Source: a bacterium
GTDB taxonomy: Bacteria > Caldisericota > JANLFM01
Direction: 5' to 3'
NCBI GenBank assembly: GCA_037131855.1
Contig: JBAXQG010000001.1
Coordinates: 1 to 44,731, forward strand
DNA length: 44,731 bases
Under the pieces are notes generated by a model that worked only from the letters and a program-made list of their open reading frames with translations, was not told where the DNA came from and did no database searches. The position numbers and the translations under genes were made by a program. Position 1 is the first letter of the stretch. The number at the start of each line of letters is the position of its first letter. Positions 17,046 through 25,074 of this stretch are shown one piece after another.

Positions 17046-17952
17046 CCAGTCTTCTTCATTTCTTATTGTCACTCATGAGGGGCCGGACGGGGATGCCGTT
17101 GGGAGTGCGCTTGGCTTAGGCCATACTTTGCGATCATGGAGCAAGGAAGCGTCCCTTTACTTCCCCAACCCTCTCGATGAGAAATATGATGCGCTGGCAG
17201 CCGGCCTTCCCTTTCTCACGAGGCCACCGGATGATACTGCCTGCATCACTTTGGCCATTTTGGACGCCGGGACCAAGGAACGCGTTCCGCTTTCCCTGGA
17301 AGGATACCGTTGGGTACTATCGATCGATCATCACCCCGGCAATGAACTCTGCGCTGACTTCTCTTGGTGGCAGCCGGAGGCTTCCTCGACTGGAGAGATA
17401 CTGGCTTCTCTTTTCCTTGATGAGCCAATGATCCCGCAGCGAGCCTGCGCTGCTTGGTACTACGCTATTCTGGCCGACACCAATGGCTTTCAATTCATCA
17501 ATACCGGGGCTCACACATTAGAACTGGCCGCTCGATTGGTGACCAAAGGAGCCCATCCCGACCAGTTGGCCGACCTCTTCTTTAATCGTTGGAGCGAACG
17601 GGATATTCGATATTTCGCCCTCGCCATGTCCTCTTTGGAGTATCAGACTGGGGTGGCTTGCGCTCGCTTGCAGTTTGAGAGCGGGGTAGGGGATGAGTAT
17701 GATTCAGACATTCTCATGAATGAGTGGCGAAGATGGCCCGATCCAGTCGTCTATGCTCTTTTCAAGGAAACTGAGCCGGAGCATTACAAAATCAGCTTGA
17801 GATCCCACGGGACAGTCGATGTCAGCAAAGTTGCCCGTTTATTTCAAGGAGGAGGGCATGCTGCCGCCAGCGGCTGCAGGATGAATGGCTCCTACCGCCA
17901 GGTGCAACAGCGCCTGATGGCAGCGCTTCGAGAGTTGGTGAGCGATGCCTAG
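17014..17952 (+). CDS. nrnA: DHH/DHHA1 phosphoesterase, NrnA-like oligoribonuclease/pAp phosphatase; start codon uncertain (first canonical start is TTG 17128; ATC 17014 proposed)
   Basis: DHH motif I HEGPDGDAVGS (17074-17106) lies upstream of the first ATG/GTG/TTG. Later motifs are LDAG, SIDHHPGN, ADTNGFQF and GGGHAAASG. The frame opens after TAA 16984-16986. AGGAG at 16999-17003 precedes ATC 17014. Confidence 0.85.
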   Translation: MLPTLLAQIIDQSSSFLIVTHEGPDGDAVGSALGLGHTLRSWSKEASLYFPNPLDEKYDALAAGLPFLTRPPDDTACITLAILDAGTKERVPLSLEGYRWVLSIDHHPGNELCADFSWWQPEASSTGEILASLFLDEPMIPQRACAAWYYAILADTNGFQFINTGAHTLELAARLVTKGAHPDQLADLFFNRWSERDIRYFALAMSSLEYQTGVACARLQFESGVGDEYDSDILMNEWRRWPDPVVYALFKETEPEHYKISLRSHGTVDVSKVARLFQGGGHAAASGCRMNGSYRQVQQRLMAALRELVSDA

Positions 17953-18805
17953 CGGATTTCTCAACCTTCTCAAGCCGCCTGGAATGACTTCCTTTGATGT
18001 GATTCGCGCCTTGCGCGGAGGACGGCCCAAGCTCAAACTTGGACATAGCGGGACTCTTGATTTGCCTGCTTGCGGCGTTCTCGTTGTTGCAGTGGAGCGA
18101 GCGACCAAATTTCTGCCGTACCTGAACAACGACAAAGAATACCTCTTCGAGGCAGTCTTTGGCTTAGAGACGGACACCGGTGATCTGTGGGGAGAGATTG
18201 TCAAGGATATAGGCGCAAGAGTTGAGCGGACCGCTGTGGAAGAAGTGTTGACTCACTTCATCGGTGATCTGGCGCAGGAAGTTCCTCTTTTTTCAGCCAA
18301 ACACCAAGACGGCAAGCGGCTCTACCAATTGGCTATGGCGGGACAGGAACCTTCAGAACAGAAGACAGCCACGATTCACGTCTATTCACTGCGACTGGTG
18401 AGTTTCGCGCAAGGCATCTATCCCCAGGCCCGCCTGTTGGTTCGATGCTCCGGAGGCACCTACGTTCGAACTCTTGCCAAGGACATTGGCGCAGCGCTCG
18501 GTTTGCCGGCCTGCGCCCGTTTCATCATCCGTTTACGATCCTCTTGCTATCGTCTTGAGGAGAGCTGTACCCTTCGAGATCTGGAGAAAGGACCATGGCC
18601 GCTCCTACCGATCGAATCAGCTCTCGGCCACTTGCCCTTGGCAGTGATCGCCGAACGCGATTTGTCCTCCTTTATCAATGGGAGAGTCATTTCTACATCA
18701 CTCCTCGGCACAGGGCTGTTCTTTCGCGTTCAAGACCGCCACGGGCGTTTTATCGGATTGGGCAAGAGGCAGGAAGGACGCCTCTTGATGGAGCGGCTGC
18801 CCTAG
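17945..18805 (+). CDS. truB: tRNA pseudouridine(55) synthase
   Basis: GFLNLLKPPGMTSFDVI...GHSGTLDLPACGVL (catalytic Asp context). Overlaps the nrnA stop by 8 nt. Confidence 0.95.
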   Translation: MPSGFLNLLKPPGMTSFDVIRALRGGRPKLKLGHSGTLDLPACGVLVVAVERATKFLPYLNNDKEYLFEAVFGLETDTGDLWGEIVKDIGARVERTAVEEVLTHFIGDLAQEVPLFSAKHQDGKRLYQLAMAGQEPSEQKTATIHVYSLRLVSFAQGIYPQARLLVRCSGGTYVRTLAKDIGAALGLPACARFIIRLRSSCYRLEESCTLRDLEKGPWPLLPIESALGHLPLAVIAERDLSSFINGRVISTSLLGTGLFFRVQDRHGRFIGLGKRQEGRLLMERLP

Positions 18806-19557
18806 TGGAAGTTCGGCGGTTACCCGCTCTACCTTGGAAGGACGATACAGCGCTGGGGATTGGAGTCTTTGACGGCTTGCATCGTGGCCACCTGGCCTTG
18901 ATTGAAGAAGTCCATCGAGCTGCTTTCCTTCAATCGCTGGTTCCTGCAGTCCTGACCTTTGATCCACCACCTCCCGGATTATGGCGGGAAGACCAGTTTC
19001 ATCCACTGCTTTCCCTGGAAGAGAAAATTGAGCGGTTTCTTGAACTTGGGATTGAAGTGCTTTTTGTGCTTTCATTCACCCAGGAGATCGCCGCATATTC
19101 AGCCGCCACTTTCGCTCAAAGCTTATTATGCTGGTCTCGCCCGGCAACCATCGTCGTCGGAGAGAATTTTGCCTATGGCTGGAAACGGGAAGGAAACCCC
19201 ATTTCGTTGCAAGCTCATGGTCAACGGTTAGGGTTCACCGTGACGGTTTTGCCGTTGCTGAAAGATGAAACAGGCACGACAATCTCTGCTTCCAGGATCC
19301 GTCAACTGCTTCTGGGAGGCTTGATAGAACAGGCCAACGCCTTGCTTGGCAGTCCCTACCATGCCACTTTTCGCACAAAGGGAGATGATCTCGGGTACGA
19401 GCTTGTGGACCAAAGGAAAATCCTTCCTCCCAGTGGCAAATACATTCTTAAGCTGAGCAATGGGGAGGAGATCAAAGGATCCTTGGCGGAAGGAAGTATG
19501 AACCTCCCAGGAATTGTCGATGAACGTATTGGCGTTTCATTTATCTCTCGCCTGTAG
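18805..19557 (+). CDS. ribF: FAD synthetase (RibF-like) with a truncated, degenerate riboflavin-kinase domain
   Basis: The FMN adenylyltransferase module is intact (GVFDGLHRGHLALI, VVGENFAYG, ISASRIRQLL). After LLGSPY only ~70 aa remain, without the GxPTAN motif. GTG 18805 overlaps the truB TAG by 1 nt. Confidence 0.85.
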   Translation: MEVRRLPALPWKDDTALGIGVFDGLHRGHLALIEEVHRAAFLQSLVPAVLTFDPPPPGLWREDQFHPLLSLEEKIERFLELGIEVLFVLSFTQEIAAYSAATFAQSLLCWSRPATIVVGENFAYGWKREGNPISLQAHGQRLGFTVTVLPLLKDETGTTISASRIRQLLLGGLIEQANALLGSPYHATFRTKGDDLGYELVDQRKILPPSGKYILKLSNGEEIKGSLAEGSMNLPGIVDERIGVSFISRL

Positions 19558-19571
19558 ATGGGATCGATTGC

Positions 19572-19601
19572 TTGTTCAAACTCACCCAATTGTGATAGGA
19601 T
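19572..19601 (+). promoter_or_regulatory. candidate extended -10 promoter for rpsO-pnp
   Basis: TTGTTC (19572-19577), an 18-nt spacer, then TGA-TAGGAT (19593-19601), in the 127-nt gap after ribF. Confidence 0.3.
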
Positions 19602-19684
19602 TAATGCGTCTTAATCTCGGCAATTGCCTCCTCCAGGGATTGCCCAGTGAGGCGAAATCGCAAAACTGACAAGGAGGACGAGTT

Positions 19685-19954
19685 GTGACCCTAGCCAAAG
19701 AAGAGAAGCAAAGTATCATCCACAAGTATCAAATCCACGAGATGGACACGGGCTCCCCTGAAGTGCAGGTTGCTATACTGACAGAGCGCATTACCTACCT
19801 AACAGAACATCTGAAAGTACACATGAAAGACCACCATTCACGTCGGGGACTCTTAAAGATGGTTGGCGAGCGGCGTCGATTGCTCAACTATCTAAAGAAG
19901 GAATCGAGCGATCGGTACAACCTCCTGATCAAGTCCTTGGGCTTGAGAAAGTAG
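19685..19954 (+). CDS. rpsO: 30S ribosomal protein S15
   Basis: 89 aa: ...[49 protein letters not shown]... GTG start with AAGGAGGA 6 nt upstream. Confidence 0.97.
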   Translation: MTLAKEEKQSIIHKYQIHEMDTGSPEVQVAILTERITYLTEHLKVHMKDHHSRRGLLKMVGERRRLLNYLKKESSDRYNLLIKSLGLRK

Positions 19955-19961
19955 ACACGCA

Positions 19962-22136
19962 TTGAGCGATATTACGCGCATTGAATCCAGTCTAGCTGGA
20001 CAGAAACTTACTTTAGAAACAGGAAAATTAGCGAAACAAGCCGGGGGGGCTGTTCTCGTCACGCACGGGGAGACTGTGGTTTTGGCAACAGCCACGCTAG
20101 CTGGGCAAGCCAGGGAAGGGATCGACTACCTGCCCTTGATGGTGGATTACGAGGAGAAGATGTATTCCATCGGAAAGATCCCGGGCGGTTTCTTCAAGAG
20201 AGAAGGGCGTCCCACCGAAAAGGAAATCTTACGTTCCCGTTTGATCGATCGCGCGATCCGGCCACTCTTTGCCAGCCACTTGCGACGAGACGTTCAGGTA
20301 GTGGCAAAAGTCCTCTCTGCCGACCCTGCCTATCCTCCGGATATCGCTGCCATGATCGCTGCTTCCGCAGCGCTTTCTATCAGCGAGATACCCTTCGAAG
20401 GTCCGGTAGCAGCGATACGGTTGGGAGCCCAAGATGGGAAACTCATCTTGAACCCCACCTACCAGCAGATTGAGGAAGGCCAGCTCGATCTGGTCGTGGC
20501 CGCTACTGAGGATGCCATCCTCATGGTAGAAGCGGGTGCGAAACAGGTCAGCGAGGAACTATTACTGGAAGGCTTGGCCTTGGCGCAACTGGAAATCCGG
20601 CGCATCATCGCCTTGGAAAGGGAGATGATGTCCAAGGTTGGCAAGGAGAAAACCGTCATTGCACCATCGGAATATGCGCCTGAGATGGTGGAGGCGGTAA
20701 AACTAGAAGTCCGGCAGCGCCTCTGCGAGGCAATCCGCATCGCCGAGAAACACGCTCGTGAGGAAGCCTTGGCCGAAATCGATGTCGAGATGCGAGCAAC
20801 CTTGGCTGAACAGTTTCCCAACATGGAAGTCGCGCTCCAGGAGATCGAGCGCAAGATCCTCAAGGAAGAGACGCGCGCCATGGTGTTGCGGGACGGAATC
20901 CGCCCGGACGGCAGGACTACCGCCGAGATTCGCCCGATCACTTGCGAGGTTGGAATCTTGCCTAGAGTTCACGGTTCCGGTCTCTTCACCCGTGGGCAGA
21001 CGCAAGTCTTGTCGATACTCACTCTTGGAGCTATCGGTGAAGTGCAGATCATTGAAGGACTAGGCATCGAAGAGTTCAAGCGGTACATGCATCACTATAA
21101 CTTTCCTCCTTTCTCGGTTGGAGAGGTCCGTCCAATGCGCGGGCCAGGCCGCCGGGAGATAGGACATGGCTCTCTTGCCGAACGGGCGCTTCTTTCGGTC
21201 ATCCCGAACCAAGAGGACTTCCCTTACACGATCCGACTGGTCTCTGAGGTATTGGAGTCCAACGGCTCAACCTCGATGGCTTCGGTCTGTGGCAGCACCC
21301 TCGCACTGCTCGACGCAGGCGTCCCAATCACCGCGCCGATCGCCGGAATAGCCATGGGCTTGATCAAGGAGAAAGACCAGGTCGCAGTTCTGACAGACAT
21401 TCAGGGGATGGAAGACGCTTTAGGCGATATGGATTTCAAGGTAGCTGGCTCCGCTACGGGAGTGACTGCCTTGCAGATGGACATGAAGATCAAAGGGATC
21501 GAATTGGAAATCCTGCGTACGGCTTTGACACAGGCGAAGGAGGCTCGTCTTTTCATTCTGGAGAAGATCCGGACTGCGATGCCTCAGCCTCGAGCTGAGC
21601 TTTCCCGCTATGCCCCTCGGGTTTTTGTCATGCAGATCAACCCAGACAAGATCCGTGAAGTGATCGGACCAGGGGGCAAAATGATCAAGAAGATCACCGA
21701 AGAAACAGGCGCCATGATCGATATCGAACAGAGCGGGCGAGTCTTCATTACCGCGCCTTCAGTCGAAGCCGGGGAGATGGCCAAGCAGCAGATTGAGTCG
21801 TTGACTGGCGAGGTGGAGATCGGCGCCACTTTCACTGGGAAAGTGTCGCGCGTGGAGACCTACGGCGTCTTCATGGAGATCGGCCCCGGCAAGGAAGGTC
21901 TGTTGCACAAGTCACGAATGTATGACCGTGCCGTCAAGCGAGTCGAGGAAAGCTTCAAAATGGGCGATGAGCTTCCCGTTATCGTGGACGGAGTTGACGA
22001 TCGAGGCCGCATCAGTCTGAGCCGAAAGGGATTGACCGGCCAAGAGTTCAGCGAAGATGAAGAAAAGCACGAGCGGCGAGACCGTCCGGATCGATCGGAT
22101 CGATCGGACCGACCGTGGAAATCGAGATCCAGATAA
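19962..22136 (+). CDS. pnp: polyribonucleotide nucleotidyltransferase (PNPase) with a short Arg/Asp/Ser-rich C-terminal tail
   Basis: Two RNase PH domains (including GEVRPMRGPGRREIGHG), a KH domain (IGPGGKMIKKITEETG) and an S1 domain (GKVSRVETYGVFMEI). TTG start at 19962. Confidence 0.97.
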   Translation: MSDITRIESSLAGQKLTLETGKLAKQAGGAVLVTHGETVVLATATLAGQAREGIDYLPLMVDYEEKMYSIGKIPGGFFKREGRPTEKEILRSRLIDRAIRPLFASHLRRDVQVVAKVLSADPAYPPDIAAMIAASAALSISEIPFEGPVAAIRLGAQDGKLILNPTYQQIEEGQLDLVVAATEDAILMVEAGAKQVSEELLLEGLALAQLEIRRIIALEREMMSKVGKEKTVIAPSEYAPEMVEAVKLEVRQRLCEAIRIAEKHAREEALAEIDVEMRATLAEQFPNMEVALQEIERKILKEETRAMVLRDGIRPDGRTTAEIRPITCEVGILPRVHGSGLFTRGQTQVLSILTLGAIGEVQIIEGLGIEEFKRYMHHYNFPPFSVGEVRPMRGPGRREIGHGSLAERALLSVIPNQEDFPYTIRLVSEVLESNGSTSMASVCGSTLALLDAGVPITAPIAGIAMGLIKEKDQVAVLTDIQGMEDALGDMDFKVAGSATGVTALQMDMKIKGIELEILRTALTQAKEARLFILEKIRTAMPQPRAELSRYAPRVFVMQINPDKIREVIGPGGKMIKKITEETGAMIDIEQSGRVFITAPSVEAGEMAKQQIESLTGEVEIGATFTGKVSRVETYGVFMEIGPGKEGLLHKSRMYDRAVKRVEESFKMGDELPVIVDGVDDRGRISLSRKGLTGQEFSEDEEKHERRDRPDRSDRSDRPWKSRSR

Positions 22137-22555
22137 GGATCGAGGCGAGCGCTCGCGACCTGCCGATCCCAAAGTACATGACACCCGGTTCTGCTGGCCT
22201 GGATCTCCTGGCCAGCGAATCGGCGGTAATTGGCGCAGGAGATTGGGCGAAAGTGTGCTGCGGTTTTTCTATCGCCATCCCGATTGGCTTTGAGGGTCAA
22301 GTGCGCCCTCGGAGTGGGTTGGCCTTGGAATATGGTGTGACTGTCCTAAATGCTCCGGGGACCATCGATGCGGATTATCGGGGGCTGGTTCAGGTGATCT
22401 TAATAAATCACGGAACCAGGGAATATCAAGTGGAGCGTGGGGCACGGATCGCCCAATTGGTAATCAATCCAGTGCTCCATGCTCAACTGAGAACAGCGGA
22501 GAGTCTGGAGGAAACGGAACGAGCCCAGGGAGGTTTTGGCCATACAGGACGGTAG
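22115..22555 (+). CDS. dut: dUTP diphosphatase
   Basis: PGSAGLDL, RPRSGLA, GTIDADYRG, and C-terminal RAQGGFGHTGR. GTG 22115 overlaps the pnp 3' end by 22 nt. Confidence 0.93.
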   Translation: MEIEIQIRIEASARDLPIPKYMTPGSAGLDLLASESAVIGAGDWAKVCCGFSIAIPIGFEGQVRPRSGLALEYGVTVLNAPGTIDADYRGLVQVILINHGTREYQVERGARIAQLVINPVLHAQLRTAESLEETERAQGGFGHTGR

Positions 22556-23126
22556 AGAGGAGTTATATCCGTCTTTACGGAAGGAGATCCTGGAATGCCA
22601 AAAGTGCCGGCTTTGCCAGAGACGCTTGCAGGTTGTCCCTGGTGAAGGAGATCTATATTCCCCTCTGCTATTCGTAGGGGAAGGCCCCGGACAACGGGAA
22701 GATCAGCAGGGGCGACCTTTTGTCGGCCCGGCAGGAAATCTGTTGGAGAGTCTCATCCAGAGTTCCCTGGGCTTGAAGCGTGAGCAAGTCTATATTACAA
22801 ATATCGTGAAATGCCGGCCTCCCGAGAACCGTGATCCTCTCCCGGACGAGGTTGAAGCCTGCCACCCATACCTTATCGCCCAGATCGGTTTGATCGCTCC
22901 CGACTTGGTTTGTATCTTGGGGCGACATTCGCTGCACACATTGCTCAACCCGGAATGGAGCATCACCGCTGTTCATGGGAAGACCTTCCGTAAGGACGGG
23001 ATCCTCTATTTCCCAACTTTTCACCCCGCTGCCGCCCTGCGCAGCCCGCAAGTAAAAGAAGAATTGTCAAAGGACTTTCAGACCTTGCGCCTGCTGGTGA
23101 AAAAGGAGACACGCCTTGGAGATTAA
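22536..23126 (+). CDS. udg: uracil-DNA glycosylase, family 4 (Fe-S type)
   Basis: CQKCRLC, FVGEGPGQREDQQGRPFVGPAG, ITNIVKCRPPENRDP, HPAA. TTG 22536 overlaps dut by 20 nt. Confidence 0.9.
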   Translation: MAIQDGREELYPSLRKEILECQKCRLCQRRLQVVPGEGDLYSPLLFVGEGPGQREDQQGRPFVGPAGNLLESLIQSSLGLKREQVYITNIVKCRPPENRDPLPDEVEACHPYLIAQIGLIAPDLVCILGRHSLHTLLNPEWSITAVHGKTFRKDGILYFPTFHPAAALRSPQVKEELSKDFQTLRLLVKKETRLGD

Positions 23127-25074
23127 GCTTGTTGCACTCGGTGGGCTGGGGGAGATCGGAAAAAACATGATGGCGCTAGAGATGAGTGGGACAATGCTTC
23201 TGGTCGATGCCGGGGTAAAGTTTCCTGATGAAAAAACACCTGGCGTAGATCTGATTCTCCCGGATTTTTCCTATTTGTTGGCCAACCAGAAACGAATTGC
23301 CGGGATCATCCTGACCCATGGCCACGAAGACCATGTCGGTTCGGTCCCTTACCTCCTGCAGCAACTCTCCATTCCCGTCTATGGTACCGACATCACCCTC
23401 GGGTTAACCGCTGGACGAGCCAAGGAGCTGGGAGTGAAAATGGATTCTCACACGGTCAAGCCTGGCGACCGGCTCCCCTTCGGGCCTTTTCAGGTGGAAT
23501 TATTGCCAGTAACTCACAGCGTACCCGGCGGGTTGGGTCTGGCGATTCGCACCCCGCTAGGGATGATCGTCCATTCCGGTGATTTCAAGTTTGATAAAAC
23601 ACCAGTGGGGGGAAAGCCTTTCGACTTCGAGCGATTCGCCAAGATCACCGCTGATGGCGTGCTTTGCCTGCTTTGCGACTCCACCAATGCCGAGAAGCCG
23701 GGGTTTGCCTCCTCGGAGCGAACAGTCAAACCAAGCCTCGAACGGTATTTCGAGAAAGCCCGCAATCGCATTATTGTCACCACCTTCGCTTCCAACGTGC
23801 ATAGAATTCAGCAGATTATTGAGACCGCAGCACTATTCAATCGAAAAGTGGCCATCGATGGGATGTCCATGACGCGTGTGCTCAATACGGCTCAGGACCT
23901 AGGGTATCTGATTGTTCCGGAGGAGCAGTTGATCAAAGTAGAGGATCTCTCTCTCTTTCCGCGCAATCAGATTGTGATCATTACCACGGGAAGCCAGGGG
24001 GAGCCTCTCTCCGCTCTTTCCCGCATTGCCAACGGAGAGCACCGCAAGATCAAGATCGAGGCTGGCGATACAGTGATTTTCTCAGCTGACCCCATTCCCG
24101 GCAACGAGAGACTGGTGTCGGAGACAATCAATAACCTCTTTCGCCTCAAAGCAGAGGTTATCTATGGTACGCAGGCCGGTGTCCATGTTTCCGGACATGC
24201 TTTCCGCGAGGATATCAAGACCATGCTGCAGATCACCCGTCCACGCTACTTCATCCCGATCCATGGAGAGTATCGACACCTCGTTTGGAGCAGCCGCCTC
24301 GCCCAAGAGATGGGCGTCCGCCAGGAGAACGTTCTCTTGCTGGAGAACGGAGACATGGTTAGTTTTACTCCAGGGCGAGCCTATGTACAGGGAAAAGTGG
24401 CGAGCGTTCCCAATTTTGTCGACGGCATCTGCATTGATGAAGTGAAAAGTGAAGTGATTGAAGACCGCCGGGCTCTTGCTCAAGAAGGAGTGTTGGTAGT
24501 CGCTGCAGTGGTCTCACCGGATGTGAGGAAGATCATCAGCGGCCCACATTTCACCACTCGCGGCCTTCTCCAGGAGAAGGACTGGGTCGTCTGGGAGACC
24601 CTTTTATGCGATCAGATTGCTGCACTCTTGCGGAAGATGATCGAGGACAAGGTCAACCTTGAACGAATTGAGGAGAAGATTCAAGAACAAACCGAACGCT
24701 TCTTGGCCAAGAGACTAAAGAGACGGCCTTTGGTCCTGGTGAGCATACTGGAGGGCGGCAGTCCGATTTCTCCATCAACCGAGAGGAATCCTGCGCAGGC
24801 GCTGAAGCAGGGTCGAGCAGCCGAACGAAGCCTTCCCGCAACGCCGAAAGTGGTATGTCCCCCCCCTTCTCCTGTTAGGAAAACAGCAGTACAGCCTCTT
24901 CCGGCCGGAAAAGGAAAGAAACGGGCTGGAAGGGCTTCAATGAAGGTTGAAAAAGGAAAGGGTGAGAAGCGCCAGACGGAGAAGCGAGTCCCCCAGAACC
25001 AAAGAAAAGCCGGTGGGAAGGCGGAGGAGAAACTGCATGGCCACACCATCGCCAGCGAGAAAAAAAATAAATAA
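23116..25074 (+). CDS. rnj: ribonuclease J with a ~105-aa basic Pro/Lys-rich C-terminal extension
   Basis: LGGLGEIGKNMMALE, the metallo-beta-lactamase motif THGHEDHVGS, and beta-CASP and C-terminal domains. The ORF continues ~105 aa beyond the usual end. TTG 23116 overlaps udg by 11 nt. Confidence 0.95.
   Translation: MEIKLVALGGLGEIGKNMMALEMSGTMLLVDAGVKFPDEKTPGVDLILPDFSYLLANQKRIAGIILTHGHEDHVGSVPYLLQQLSIPVYGTDITLGLTAGRAKELGVKMDSHTVKPGDRLPFGPFQVELLPVTHSVPGGLGLAIRTPLGMIVHSGDFKFDKTPVGGKPFDFERFAKITADGVLCLLCDSTNAEKPGFASSERTVKPSLERYFEKARNRIIVTTFASNVHRIQQIIETAALFNRKVAIDGMSMTRVLNTAQDLGYLIVPEEQLIKVEDLSLFPRNQIVIITTGSQGEPLSALSRIANGEHRKIKIEAGDTVIFSADPIPGNERLVSETINNLFRLKAEVIYGTQAGVHVSGHAFREDIKTMLQITRPRYFIPIHGEYRHLVWSSRLAQEMGVRQENVLLLENGDMVSFTPGRAYVQGKVASVPNFVDGICIDEVKSEVIEDRRALAQEGVLVVAAVVSPDVRKIISGPHFTTRGLLQEKDWVVWETLLCDQIAALLRKMIEDKVNLERIEEKIQEQTERFLAKRLKRRPLVLVSILEGGSPISPSTERNPAQALKQGRAAERSLPATPKVVCPPPSPVRKTAVQPLPAGKGKKRAGRASMKVEKGKGEKRQTEKRVPQNQRKAGGKAEEKLHGHTIASEKKNK

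Noticed and set aside
22089-22115. GATCGATCGG-type reiteration considered as an IS end or CRISPR-like repeat.
   Set aside because: It is too short, lies entirely inside the pnp coding frame (encoding the DRSDRSDR tail), and has no spacer architecture.
24947-25036. Alternative upstream ftsK starts (TTG 24947, GTG 24962) giving up to 128 nt of dual coding with the rnj tail.
   Set aside because: ATG 25037 has the only strong SD (GGAGGAG, 7-nt spacing). The longer forms cannot be excluded, but nothing positive supports them.
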